64,000 bases of DNA from Acidimicrobiaceae bacterium (lineage in GTDB: Bacteria > Actinomycetota > Acidimicrobiia > Acidimicrobiales > Aldehydirespiratoraceae): contig PBTQ01000008.1 of assembly GCA_002729125.1 (NCBI GenBank), forward strand, positions 24 to 64,023, read 5' to 3'. The notes under the pieces were generated by a model that saw only the letters and a program-made list of their open reading frames with translations, searched no databases and was not told the origin of the DNA. How positions within the stretch are numbered: position 1 is the stretch's first letter; each line of letters opens with the position of its first letter. A program made the position numbers and the translations under genes. This document shows positions 36,367-45,770 of the stretch, piece by piece.

Positions 36367-37620
36367 TCAGATCGGTTGCCAGGCTCGCAACAGCGCAGCC
36401 GGCAGCACCGCAGCGCCAAAGTCGGTCAGACAGTTGTCGAGATCGACCACGCCGAGCGGGCCCCAGGACTCGACCGCCGCGGCAAACGCCCAGGCGACCC
36501 GGGCCCGATCGGCCTTCGGGATCGTCGACGTGACCTCCGGACAACGGTTCACGTACTCGACCAGAACATCGGGGTCGACATGGGTCCCAGCGCCGGCCCG
36601 CACGACACCAAGGACAGCGCCTAGCCAGTCGGCGAACTCGAGCTCCAGCACGGCCTGCCGCGCATCGCCGGTCAACGGCACGAGCGAGGCCGGTGCGACA
36701 GCGGCAGCAAGCACCGCTAGCACGACATCGGCGTCGGGTTCGTCGAGATCAATCGGCCCGACCGAAGCGGCCAGCCACTGGGCGAGTTCGTCATCGTTCT
36801 CAGCCGCAGTGCGCAGTGCCACCGCAGCAGCGGCGATGGCAGCCGGATCGAGTGCGTTGGGCGCCAGAGGCTCCCCGAGTGCCCGACGCACCACGTCCGC
36901 AGCCCATGCATCGTCGTCGAGATCCCGCTCAGGAAGATCGGGCACATCAGGTTCGATCCAGGCAGGCGGTTCGAGGTCGTCGATACCGAAGGACGAGAGT
37001 CGGGCCAACACCACCCGGCCGACAGCGACGAACGACGCCGATGGTTTGGACGTCGCCCGCATCGCCCGGGCGACACGATCTGCCAGTTCGGGCGCTGGAA
37101 CCGAACGGCTTGTCAGGCCTGCGGACTCGTCCGCAGTGGCGTCGAGGAGTTCGGCGGGGCCAACCGTGGCCTCGCCGATTGTCTCACCGGTGTCGTTGGA
37201 GCCGGGCACCAGGTCGAGGACGAGCACGTGGCGTTCGTCGGCGGCACCGACGAAGCGGAACGCTGCCGAATCGCCCCGCCAGTCGCCAACAATCCACGCC
37301 TCCTCGCAGATCGACGTCAGCAGCTGATCGGCCCAGGTTGGTGCCGGTTCGAGTGCGGGGTTGCCGAGATCGACGAGATCCGACACGGCGTCGATCGCCC
37401 AAAGTCCGGCGGCGGGGCCCGGGCCGCCGGCGACGGCGAGGGCCTCGACCACCGCTGCAGGCCCGTCAAGGTCGAACTCGGCCGCAAGGGCGACAAGGTC
37501 GGCGGCCCAGACCTCGGCACGAACGGCGTCAAGATCGGGGAGCTCATCGGCCTGCTCAATCGCATCTGCGATCAGAGCGGCGAGGGCGGGGTCCAGGGAG
37601 TCGGGGCGGTGGTTGGGCAC
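36367..37620 (-). CDS. hypothetical acidic protein
   Basis: 417 aa and Ala/Asp/Leu/Glu-rich, with coding-like composition. The opposite-strand ORFs are R/S/P-rich shadows. No family recognised. Confidence 0.55.
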   Translation of the reverse strand: MPNHRPDSLDPALAALIADAIEQADELPDLDAVRAEVWAADLVALAAEFDLDGPAAVVEALAVAGGPGPAAGLWAIDAVSDLVDLGNPALEPAPTWADQLLTSICEEAWIVGDWRGDSAAFRFVGAADERHVLVLDLVPGSNDTGETIGEATVGPAELLDATADESAGLTSRSVPAPELADRVARAMRATSKPSASFVAVGRVVLARLSSFGIDDLEPPAWIEPDVPDLPERDLDDDAWAADVVRRALGEPLAPNALDPAAIAAAAVALRTAAENDDELAQWLAASVGPIDLDEPDADVVLAVLAAAVAPASLVPLTGDARQAVLELEFADWLGAVLGVVRAGAGTHVDPDVLVEYVNRCPEVTSTIPKADRARVAWAFAAAVESWGPLGVVDLDNCLTDFGAAVLPAALLRAWQPI

Positions 37621-37711
37621 GGGCGGCTGAGCCTACCGGCGCGTCTCGGGCCGGACCGGCGAGGCAGGCTGCGGCGTCTCGGGGAGGAAGCGGCGGGCGT
37701 AGGGTGCAGCC

Positions 37712-38554
37712 GTGCCTGAGCTGCCCGAGGTCGAGACGATTCGCCGTCAACTCGAACCAAAGCTGATCGACGCAGCGATCGTCGACGCGGGCTCACACTG
37801 GTCAGCAAAGTTCACGTCGGCACTCGATGCCGTCGGCACCGAGATCATCGGCGCCCGTCGTCGCGGCAAGTATCTGCTGTTCGACCTCGACCCAGGCGCC
37901 GATGGTGGACCACCGCGTGAACTGGTCGTCCATCTCGGGATGACCGGTCGCCTCGCTATCCACGAACCCGGCAGTGCGCTTGCGCTCGACGATCCGACAG
38001 CCGAGTCGCACCTGCGGGCTTGGTGGCGGCTCGATGACGACCGGGTGTTGACGTTCCACGACATCCGCCGGTTCGGGCGCATCTACGTCGTTGACGCAGG
38101 GGAGTACTGCGACATCCCGACACTTCGCGCGTTGGGACCCGAGCCGTGGGATCCCGATTTCAGCGGGAAGCACCTCGCCGCGTTTGTGAAGCGCAGCGAC
38201 CGGCACCTCAAGACCATCCTGCTGGCGCAGCGTGCCGTCGCCGGCGTCGGCAACATCTACGCCGATGAGGCGCTGTGGGATGCGCGCATCAACCCGGCGA
38301 CCCGGCGGCTCTCTCGCCAACGAGCCGACGAGCTCGTCGTCGCGATCCGGCGGGCGCTCGAATCCGGGCTTGCGCATGGCGGCACGACCCTTCGGGACTA
38401 TGTCGACTCCGACGGAGAGCGGGGCGGCAACCAGTACGAACTCGCCTGCTACGGGCGAGGAGGCGAACCATGCCTGCGCTGTGGCGAGGAACTCCACACC
38501 CGGGTCATCGACGCTCGCACGACCACTTGGTGCCCGGCCTGCCAAGCCCGGTAA
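37712..38554 (+). CDS. mutM: formamidopyrimidine-DNA glycosylase
   Basis: GTG start, then PELPEVETIRRQL (catalytic Pro2/Glu3). H2TH and a C-terminal zinc finger CLRCGEEL...WCPACQ are present. Confidence 0.9.
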   Translation: MPELPEVETIRRQLEPKLIDAAIVDAGSHWSAKFTSALDAVGTEIIGARRRGKYLLFDLDPGADGGPPRELVVHLGMTGRLAIHEPGSALALDDPTAESHLRAWWRLDDDRVLTFHDIRRFGRIYVVDAGEYCDIPTLRALGPEPWDPDFSGKHLAAFVKRSDRHLKTILLAQRAVAGVGNIYADEALWDARINPATRRLSRQRADELVVAIRRALESGLAHGGTTLRDYVDSDGERGGNQYELACYGRGGEPCLRCGEELHTRVIDARTTTWCPACQAR

Positions 38555-38615
38555 TCGGTGCCAGCAGGTGCGGGCTCAGGGAGCCATCCGTTGAGGTCGG
38601 CACCGACGGAAGCGC

Positions 38616-39155
38616 TCAGGAGCCCGTCACCCGAGCGGACTTGCGGGCCTCGAGGGCATCGGGCAGGGCCGTGAACACGACGAGTTCGAGCCCGGCAAGC
38701 ACACCAACCGCAGCGACGAAGCCGAGACCAGCGGCGGGCTGGTCCTCCATGACCTCGAGCGGGGAACGGCCGGCGACCGCACCGAACGAGCACACAGCAA
38801 GGACGATGTTGCCGAAGACGTGCAGCCACGTGGGCGGCGCGTCGACACGACCGAAACAGCCACACGACTCGGCGCCGACCGATATCGCCCGCCACACCGC
38901 AATTGCGAACACGACGTAAAGAACACCGACGACAACACGAAACGCCGCCACGTCGCTCAACAGGGCGGCGATTCCGAGCGTGATCTCAGCGAGGCCGAGC
39001 GCACGCGTCAGGCGGGTGCTGGCGGCCGACCTGCGCGGGAATGCGCTGAGAAGCTCAATCAACGCAGCTGAGTTCGCCGGCCGGATCACCTTCGTCGCCC
39101 CGGCGATCACCAGCAAAACCGCAGCCGACGTATATAAGGCCGTGACAGCGTCCAT
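38616..39155 (-). CDS. MauE/DoxX-like redox-associated membrane protein
   Basis: ATG at 39155. The product has 4-5 TM helices and a CGCFG motif, characteristic of the MauE family. Confidence 0.6.
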   Translation of the reverse strand: MDAVTALYTSAAVLLVIAGATKVIRPANSAALIELLSAFPRRSAASTRLTRALGLAEITLGIAALLSDVAAFRVVVGVLYVVFAIAVWRAISVGAESCGCFGRVDAPPTWLHVFGNIVLAVCSFGAVAGRSPLEVMEDQPAAGLGFVAAVGVLAGLELVVFTALPDALEARKSARVTGS

Positions 39156-39220
39156 GTCGAACACCACCCTAACCAGGGCTGGCGGCACCGCAACGAACCC
39201 GGCACCGGTACGGTGGCCTC

Positions 39221-40522
39221 ATGGCTGAGCGGCCCGACTTCTACGATCTGATCGCCCAGAACCGGCGTCGAACGTGGGTCCTGATGTTCTCGTTCTTCGT
39301 CCTCCTCGTGCTGGTCGGCATCGCCTTCAGCATCATCGTGGGTGGCGGACTCATCGGTGTCATATTCGCCGTCGCGATCTCGTTCGGCCTCACGTTCAGC
39401 TCGTACTTCTCCTCGGCGTCCATCGCGCTCACCGCCACCCGGGCGCAGCCGGCCGCCCGAGAGGAATTCGGGCGCCTGCACAATCTGGTCGAGGAGGTCT
39501 CGATCGCTGCTGGCGTCCCCAAGCCGGGCGTCTACGTCGTCCACGACCCCTCCCCCAACGCCTTCGCCACCGGCCGCAACGCCGATAACGCAGCGGTTGC
39601 CGTCACCACGGGCTTGATGGACAAGATGAACCGCGCGGAACTCGAAGGGGTGATCGCCCACGAAGTTGCACACATCCGCAATGGCGACATCTTGGTGATG
39701 ACCGTCGCCGTCGCCACCGTCGGCGCCATCGCGATGATCTCCGACATCTTCTTCCGGATGCTCTACTGGGGTGGCTTCACCGGCGGCGGTGCCTCACACC
39801 GAAGCCGCAGCAGCAACAACAACAACAACGGCGCCATGCTGCTGATCGTCCTCGCAGCGATCGTCTTCGTTGCGGTACTCGCCCCACTCGCAGCAACCCT
39901 GCTCAAGGCCGCCGTGTCGCGCAGCCGGGAATCGCTCGCCGATGTCACCGCTGTCGAGATCACCCGCCACCCAGGCGGCCTCCGCAACGCGCTCGAAAAA
40001 CTCGACGCCGACATCACCGTCGTGAAGCGCACCTCCCACGCAACCTCGCATCTTTGGATCGAGTCGCCCGACGACCACGAGACCGACGACCGAGGCCGCA
40101 AGTTCAACGATCGGTTCTCAACCCATCCACCCCTCGCCGAGCGGATCAACATCCTTCGCAAGATGGAGGGGATGCCGCCGTATGAGGGCCCCGACCCGGC
40201 CGTGTCCGAGGCGCTGCGCACCATGCAAGACGACCGCAACCACCCCGAGTCGGTGGCTTCCATCGTCGGGACCCCAGGCCGGGCGGCGCTCTTCGAGGGC
40301 GCAGCCGCCCGCTCAGTCAATCTCGACTCGGTCTTCGCTGGTGCCGGCGAGGTCGCCGACGAGGACGACGACCCCGATCACGCCCGGGCCGGCTGGTACG
40401 CCGACCCGTCGGGTGAACCCGCGACTCTGCGCTACTGGAACGGCTTGGACTGGACCGACCACGTCCACAAGATCCCCGGCGGCAACGATCTCTGCGTCTC
40501 CGGCGCACGCCAGACCCAGTGA
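39221..40522 (+). CDS. htpX: M48 zinc metalloprotease HtpX with C-terminal DUF2510-like extension
   Basis: N-terminal TM pair, PNAFATG and the HEVAHIRNGD zinc motif are present. The C-terminal tail carries GWYADPSGEPATLRYWNGLDWTDHV. An (AAC)5 run at 39815-39829 encodes N5. Confidence 0.85.
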   Translation: MAERPDFYDLIAQNRRRTWVLMFSFFVLLVLVGIAFSIIVGGGLIGVIFAVAISFGLTFSSYFSSASIALTATRAQPAAREEFGRLHNLVEEVSIAAGVPKPGVYVVHDPSPNAFATGRNADNAAVAVTTGLMDKMNRAELEGVIAHEVAHIRNGDILVMTVAVATVGAIAMISDIFFRMLYWGGFTGGGASHRSRSSNNNNNGAMLLIVLAAIVFVAVLAPLAATLLKAAVSRSRESLADVTAVEITRHPGGLRNALEKLDADITVVKRTSHATSHLWIESPDDHETDDRGRKFNDRFSTHPPLAERINILRKMEGMPPYEGPDPAVSEALRTMQDDRNHPESVASIVGTPGRAALFEGAAARSVNLDSVFAGAGEVADEDDDPDHARAGWYADPSGEPATLRYWNGLDWTDHVHKIPGGNDLCVSGARQTQ

Positions 40523-41163
40523 CGGGCCCCGGAGCAACTGCCGACGCCGAGCCAGAGCCGACCGTCGGCGTCGGGCCTCACCCCGAACCGTGGCCCGACG
40601 ACCCGCGCCTTGACCCGACGCTACTAGCCGACGGCGATCGCCGAAATGTACTCGACGTCTACCGTTACTGGTCAGTCGAGGCGATCGTCGCCGACCTCGA
40701 CACCCGTCGGCACCCGTTTCACGTTGCGATCGAGAACTGGGAACACGATCGCAACATCGGCACGGTGGTGCGAACCGCGAACGCGTTCCTGGCCGCCGAA
40801 GTGCACATCGTCGGGAGACGCAAGTGGAACCGGCGCGGCGCAATGATGACCGACATCTACCAGCACGTCCGGCACCACGAATCGATCGAGGTGTTGCTCG
40901 ACTGGGCTGCCACTCATGACGACGGCCCGCTTCCGGTGATCGGGGTCGACAACCTGCCGGGATCCGTGCCGATCGAGTCGACCGAACTGCCCAAGCGATG
41001 CCTCCTGCTCTTCGGTCAGGAGGGTCCGGGCCTATCGGCCGCCGCTCATGCCGCCGCCGAGCAGGTGTGTTCCATCGCCCAGTTCGGCTCGACCCGAAGC
41101 ATCAACGCCGGCATCGCCGCCGGCATCGCGATGCACGCCTGGGTGCGCCGCTGGGCTGACTGA
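40519..41163 (+). CDS. TrmH/SpoU family RNA 2'-O-methyltransferase
   Basis: GTG overlaps the htpX stop (GTGA). SpoU motifs are NIGTVVRTANAF, LLFGQEGPGLS and IAQFGSTRSINAGIAAGIAMH. Confidence 0.8.
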   Translation: MTGPGATADAEPEPTVGVGPHPEPWPDDPRLDPTLLADGDRRNVLDVYRYWSVEAIVADLDTRRHPFHVAIENWEHDRNIGTVVRTANAFLAAEVHIVGRRKWNRRGAMMTDIYQHVRHHESIEVLLDWAATHDDGPLPVIGVDNLPGSVPIESTELPKRCLLLFGQEGPGLSAAAHAAAEQVCSIAQFGSTRSINAGIAAGIAMHAWVRRWAD

Positions 41164-41228
41164 AGCGTCTGCCGGAGGCGGATTCTGGGCGGAGATGGAG
41201 ATCGAGGACGGAGGCGAGATGCCGCCTC

Positions 41229-41558
41229 TTACTCGACCATGGCGATGAGTTCCTCGTCGGACGGGATCTCCACGCCCGGGAGGTAATACGTGTACAGCCC
41301 ACCGATCACGGTCTCGAGATCACCGAAGTCTGACGAGGCGAGCGTGACCGTGACCATGGAGCCGTAGACGTGCACTGCCGATACGCCACCGACATCGAAG
41401 AGTCGCTTGGCCAGCTCGGAGGCCGGATCATCGGCCTGGATCTCGTCGCCCATGTCGTAGCGGACGTGGCCCATTCCGGTGAGACTGCGATTCAGCTCGA
41501 AGCGCAGGGTGCCCGGACGGGGCGACGATGTCGTGATTAGGGTGACCGGCTGTCCCAT
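41229..41558 (-). CDS. Nfu/NifU N-terminal-domain-like protein
   Basis: ATG at 41558. The ~109-aa product reads ...TLRFELNRSLTGMGH..., LAKRLFDVGGVSAVHVYGSMVTVTL. The family assignment is tentative. Confidence 0.5.
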   Translation of the reverse strand: MGQPVTLITTSSPRPGTLRFELNRSLTGMGHVRYDMGDEIQADDPASELAKRLFDVGGVSAVHVYGSMVTVTLASSDFGDLETVIGGLYTYYLPGVEIPSDEELIAMVE

Positions 41559-41571
41559 AGCGTCCCAAAGA

Positions 41572-41931
41572 CTAGCGACTCCGCGTCCGCCAGACCCACA
41601 TCGCAGCACCGATCGAGACGACCATCAGCGCCGAGTGGACCGCCTTGAACGAGGCGTCGTAGTTGGCATCGAACACGATCCCGCCACCGCGGACGAGCCA
41701 GTAGCCGATCGTCCACCAGACCAGTACCGGCAGGACCCGATTCCGAGCGGATCGACGAAGGGCGACCACGGCCATCGCGATGAAGACGACGACCACCCCG
41801 AGGCGCCAGCCAGTCCCCCAGGCCGACAGCTCATCGTTCGACACGACGTTTTGGGTGCGAGACGCCCACAGGAAGAGGGTCCAGCCGATCAAGACGGTGA
41901 ACGCCGGCCAGGCGCGGAGACGGTCGAGCAC
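41572..41931 (-). CDS. hypothetical membrane protein (4 TM)
   Basis: 119 aa, GTG start 2 nt after the rnhB stop, with four hydrophobic Trp-rich segments. Confidence 0.55.
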   Translation of the reverse strand: MLDRLRAWPAFTVLIGWTLFLWASRTQNVVSNDELSAWGTGWRLGVVVVFIAMAVVALRRSARNRVLPVLVWWTIGYWLVRGGGIVFDANYDASFKAVHSALMVVSIGAAMWVWRTRSR

Positions 41932-41933
41932 AA

Positions 41934-42629
41934 TCAGAACAGACCGAGTTGGGTTTCGTCGACGGTGCGGATTTGGCCAGTCCAGCGGAGGTCATCCATG
42001 AACGCCCATCGTCGACGATGGACCGCCGAGGGGCCGAACCCGGCTAGCGCCGCCTTGTGGCGGGGGCACGCGTACCCCTTGTTTCCGGCAAAGGCGTACG
42101 CAGGATAGATGCGGTGCCAACGCACCATCATGCGGTCGCGGGTGACCTTGGCGACGATCGACGCCGCTGCGATCGACAACGAAACGGTGTCGCCCTTCAC
42201 CAGCATCGTGGTCGGGTGGGTCGCGACGAAGTCCCAGTTGCCGTCGACGAGGACATGATCCACTTCGACACCGAGCCCGCTGATGGCCCGTTGCGCCGCA
42301 AGCTTCTGGGCTGCCGACATGCCGAGTTCGTCGCACTCGGCGTGGCTCGCATGGGCGACGCTGACATGGTCGGCCCATTCGTTCACCCGGTCGAACATGA
42401 CCTCGCGCTCTGCGGCAGTGAGCATCTTGGAGTCGCGCACCTTGTAGAGACGTTTGTCACGCGGCACGACGACGGCGGCCAGCGTGAGTGGCCCAGCCCA
42501 TGCCCCGCGACCGACCTCGTCGATACCGACGACGATCTCATCGCCGGCATCCCAACGTGCGCGTTCGACTCGAAGGCCGGGCGCCCTCGCCTTCAGCGCT
42601 CCGCGCAGCTGCGGTGCTCTCGCGCTCAC
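41934..42629 (-). CDS. rnhB: ribonuclease HII
   Basis: Blocks are VGIDEVGRGAWAGPL, VRDSKMLT and VDGN. The GTG start overlaps the upstream stop (GTGA). Confidence 0.9.
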   Translation of the reverse strand: MSARAPQLRGALKARAPGLRVERARWDAGDEIVVGIDEVGRGAWAGPLTLAAVVVPRDKRLYKVRDSKMLTAAEREVMFDRVNEWADHVSVAHASHAECDELGMSAAQKLAAQRAISGLGVEVDHVLVDGNWDFVATHPTTMLVKGDTVSLSIAAASIVAKVTRDRMMVRWHRIYPAYAFAGNKGYACPRHKAALAGFGPSAVHRRRWAFMDDLRWTGQIRTVDETQLGLF

Positions 42630-44137
42630 GACAGCGACGGTGGCGGATCGTTCGGGTCGAGCCGGAAACCTTCCCGCCGCGCCTCGGGGGCCGGCGTTGT
42701 GGCGGGTGCCTCGTCCGCATCAGTGACGAGCATCATCTCGGCCCCGACCGGTGCCGCAAGCAGTGCCTCGCCGGACCGTTCGGAGCTCGACCAGTCCGGA
42801 TCGAGGCCGGGGCAGCGGAGCACGGCGCCATCAGGGCCACCGTCCCGCTGCCACAAGACCGCCGGGCGTTCGCGATGCCATCGGACACTGAACGAGAGAG
42901 CACCGAGGCCAGTCACCATACCGCGAACGTCGATCGGCTGACCGAACCAGGTCGTGGGCACTTCGGGCAACATGTCGATCCGTTCGACGAGGTCGATGTC
43001 GCGGAAGAGATGACCGAGCACTCGCTCGGCACCACGGGCGACGGCGGATCTCATCGCCCGGTCTGCGAGGGTCAGCGTGCCGAGCAGGGCACGGGCGTCG
43101 GGAGCGGCATCGGGATTGGAGCCATCGAGCGCCCGGGCAACGAGCGACACGGTCTGGCGATCGAGTCGATCGCGGGCGAGTTTGGCGAGTGGGCCGGCGA
43201 CCTCGGCGAGCCCCGAAGGTACGCCCTGACGCAGCTCCTTCGACGCGAGCGCCCGCAGAGCCACGACGGCGGCATCGGAGCCGAGTCGGTCGCGGTCGGC
43301 GGCGGCGAGGACCGCCTTGCGGCCCCGGTCGGCTTCGTCGTGCATGCCGGCCAGATCGAGCCACCAGGCTGCTTCGCCGGCGGCGATCGGGTTGTCGTCG
43401 CCGACGGCGAGCACGAGATCGCCCAGCACTCGGCGCCAGGCGGCAGACAGATCGACATCGGGCACATCGACCGTCATGGCGTCGGCGGTGATGGCCTTCC
43501 ATCCCGCCGCGACGTCCTCGGGTGCAGTGGGGCGGGCCGGCAGGTCGCCGGTGATCGACACGAGTACCGTGATGGTCTGACGGTGTGGGAGCGGAACGAG
43601 CACGGCAGCTTCGTTCTCCCCATCGGCCGACGCAGCCGAGGGATCGGCCTCCACCAGGGTCCAGACCTCGGGCCCGGCGACGACCGCACCGGCATCGACA
43701 CCCGGCCGGATCCAGGGCACGCCATCGAGTTCGGTGCTCGACAATTCGGCGTGAACGCGCCCCTGCGCGAGGCCGACGACAGCGACCACGACAGCGTCGG
43801 GCGAAGCGTTCTCGAACTGCCACACCAGGCTGCGGCCGTTGCCATCGGTGGTGATAGCGGACCGCTGGATGACATCGCCGCCCGGGACCCGCATCCACGT
43901 CTCGTACACGGGTGTGTCGTCGAGACGGTTCTGGCGCATGGCGGCCGTCGTCGACGAGCGCTTCCACTCACGGCCGGTGCGGATACCCCATTCGAGACGC
44001 CACGATCCGTCGAGTGTCGCAACGGCGCCGTCTGGGGCAATGCGAGCGATCGGCCCGGCGAGGTCGCCGATCAGGGCGCCAAACGATGGGTCGAGTGGCG
44101 TGAGGTTCCGGCGACGAAGGCGATCGAGAAGTCCCAT
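42626..44137 (-). CDS. hypothetical protein (503 aa) in the gpsA-rnhB operon
   Basis: ATG at 44137 (MGLLDRLRRRNL...), 29 nt after the gpsA stop. It is translationally coupled to rnhB. No family recognised. Confidence 0.6.
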   Translation of the reverse strand: MGLLDRLRRRNLTPLDPSFGALIGDLAGPIARIAPDGAVATLDGSWRLEWGIRTGREWKRSSTTAAMRQNRLDDTPVYETWMRVPGGDVIQRSAITTDGNGRSLVWQFENASPDAVVVAVVGLAQGRVHAELSSTELDGVPWIRPGVDAGAVVAGPEVWTLVEADPSAASADGENEAAVLVPLPHRQTITVLVSITGDLPARPTAPEDVAAGWKAITADAMTVDVPDVDLSAAWRRVLGDLVLAVGDDNPIAAGEAAWWLDLAGMHDEADRGRKAVLAAADRDRLGSDAAVVALRALASKELRQGVPSGLAEVAGPLAKLARDRLDRQTVSLVARALDGSNPDAAPDARALLGTLTLADRAMRSAVARGAERVLGHLFRDIDLVERIDMLPEVPTTWFGQPIDVRGMVTGLGALSFSVRWHRERPAVLWQRDGGPDGAVLRCPGLDPDWSSSERSGEALLAAPVGAEMMLVTDADEAPATTPAPEARREGFRLDPNDPPPSLS

Positions 44138-44165
44138 GGGTTTGTTCGTCGTCCTTTCGAGCGCC

Positions 44166-45167
44166 CTAGTGGGGATCGATCTCTCTGGCAGCGGGGGTGT
44201 TGACGAGGCCGGCATAGGCCTCGAGGGCAGTGCGGCCCTCCTGGACGCACGCGCGCATCTGATCGGCGATCGGTGTGTACACACCATTGGCCTCGGCCAG
44301 CTTGCACACGATCGGGGCGGATCTCACGCCCTCGGCGACCTGGTTCATCTCGGCCCGGATCTCCTCGAGCGATCGGCCCTTGCCGAGTTGCTCACCGACA
44401 TGGCGATTGCGGCTCTGCGGGCTCATGCAGGTGGCAAGCAGATCACCCATGCCGGCAAGCCCGGCGAACGTGGCCGGCTCGCCCCCGAGGGCAACACCCA
44501 GTCGAGTGAGTTCAGCGAGTCCGCGAGTCATCACCGCGGCGCGGGTGTTGTCGCCAGTGCCGAGGCCGTCGGCCATCCCGGCGGCAAGCGCGATCACGTT
44601 CTTGAGGGCGCCGCCGAGCTCGCAGCCGACAACGTCGGTGCTCGTGTACACCCGGAACAGCTGGGTCGAGAAAAGGATCTGGAGCCGCTCAGCGATCGTG
44701 TCGTCGGTGAGGGCGATCACCGCAGCGGCAGCGCTACCCGCAAGGATCTCCTTGGCGAGGTTGGGGCCGGTGAGCACGCCGACGGGATGGCCGGGCAGTT
44801 CTTCCTCGACAAGTTCGGTCATGCGTTTCCCGGTGCCGAGCTCGAACCCCTTGGCGAGCGACACGACCGGCACCTGCGGCCGCAGGTGAGGTCGAAGCGC
44901 AGGGAGGGTGTCTCGGAAACTGCCCGATGGCACACCCATGACCAAGACGTCGGCCTGTGCCGCCACCGCAGCGAGGTCGTCGGAGGCCTGTAGTTCGGGA
45001 TGGAGCTTGTACCCGGCGAGATAGGTCGGGTTCTCGTCGCGGTCATTGATCGCCTCGGCGGTCTCGGGCCGGCGGGCGTAGATCGTGGTGGGAGCGTTGT
45101 GGGCGCAGAGATGGGCGACCGTGGTGCCCCAGGATCCGGCGCCGACGACGGCCACACGCATGGACAT
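44166..45167 (-). CDS. gpsA: NAD(P)H-dependent glycerol-3-phosphate dehydrogenase
   Basis: MRVAVVGAGSWGTTVA Rossmann motif plus GpsA C-terminal blocks (GALKNVIALAAGM, GDLLATC). Confidence 0.92.
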   Translation of the reverse strand: MSMRVAVVGAGSWGTTVAHLCAHNAPTTIYARRPETAEAINDRDENPTYLAGYKLHPELQASDDLAAVAAQADVLVMGVPSGSFRDTLPALRPHLRPQVPVVSLAKGFELGTGKRMTELVEEELPGHPVGVLTGPNLAKEILAGSAAAAVIALTDDTIAERLQILFSTQLFRVYTSTDVVGCELGGALKNVIALAAGMADGLGTGDNTRAAVMTRGLAELTRLGVALGGEPATFAGLAGMGDLLATCMSPQSRNRHVGEQLGKGRSLEEIRAEMNQVAEGVRSAPIVCKLAEANGVYTPIADQMRACVQEGRTALEAYAGLVNTPAAREIDPH

Positions 45168-45189
45168 GGCCCTACCCTAGACTCGCGTC

Positions 45190-45768
45190 GTGGTCGCCAC
45201 CGACGCCGCCGTCCTGATCCCGCTCCGGTCTTTCGACGATGCCAAGACCCGCCTCGCCGGCGTGTTGTCACCTGCCGATCGTCGGCGCCTTGCGATGGCG
45301 ATGGCGGAACGGGTCGTCCGCGCGGCACAAGATCTTCCGGTGCACGTCGTGAGCGACGACGCCGACGTGCTGCGCTGGGCCAAGCGCCTGGGCGCCAACG
45401 GGCTTGCACCCTCCGTCAACGGACTCAACGAAAGCATCGACGCGGCCATCGCTCTTGTCGCCACCGAGGACGATCCGCCGAGCCGGGTGATCATCGCCCA
45501 CGCCGACCTTCCGCTCGCCGACGACCTTCGATTGGTCGACGGTCCCGGCCTCGCCATTGCGCCCGACCAGGCGCGCGACGGCAGCAATGTGTTGTCGATC
45601 CCGCTCGCGTCGGGCTTCGAATTCCACTACGGGCCCGGTTCGTTTGCCGCCCACTGTGCTGAGGCTGAGCGCCTCGGACTGGAGATCACCGTCGTCGACG
45701 AGCCCTCGCTTGCGCTCGACGTCGACGATCCTGGCGACCTTGCCCACCTCCAGGTGGAAGGATCCTGA
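45190..45768 (+). CDS. cofC: 2-phospho-L-lactate (phosphoenolpyruvate) guanylyltransferase, F420 biosynthesis
   Basis: 192 aa with AVLIPLRSFDDAKTRLAGVL, IAHADLPL and DGSNVLS blocks of CofC/FbiD. It is divergent from gpsA. Confidence 0.78.
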   Translation: MVATDAAVLIPLRSFDDAKTRLAGVLSPADRRRLAMAMAERVVRAAQDLPVHVVSDDADVLRWAKRLGANGLAPSVNGLNESIDAAIALVATEDDPPSRVIIAHADLPLADDLRLVDGPGLAIAPDQARDGSNVLSIPLASGFEFHYGPGSFAAHCAEAERLGLEITVVDEPSLALDVDDPGDLAHLQVEGS

Positions 45769-45770
45769 CG

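Noticed and set aside
36239-37766. Plus-strand ORFs 36239..37327 and 36693..37766 as alternatives to the acidic hypothetical protein
   Set aside because: Both translate to S/R/P/A-rich low-complexity sequence. The minus-strand frame has balanced, protein-like composition and fits the gene spacing.
42488-44203. 571-aa plus-strand ORF opposite the 503-aa hypothetical
   Set aside because: The composition is R/G-rich. The minus-strand ORF is translationally coupled to rnhB and follows gpsA closely, supporting the minus strand.
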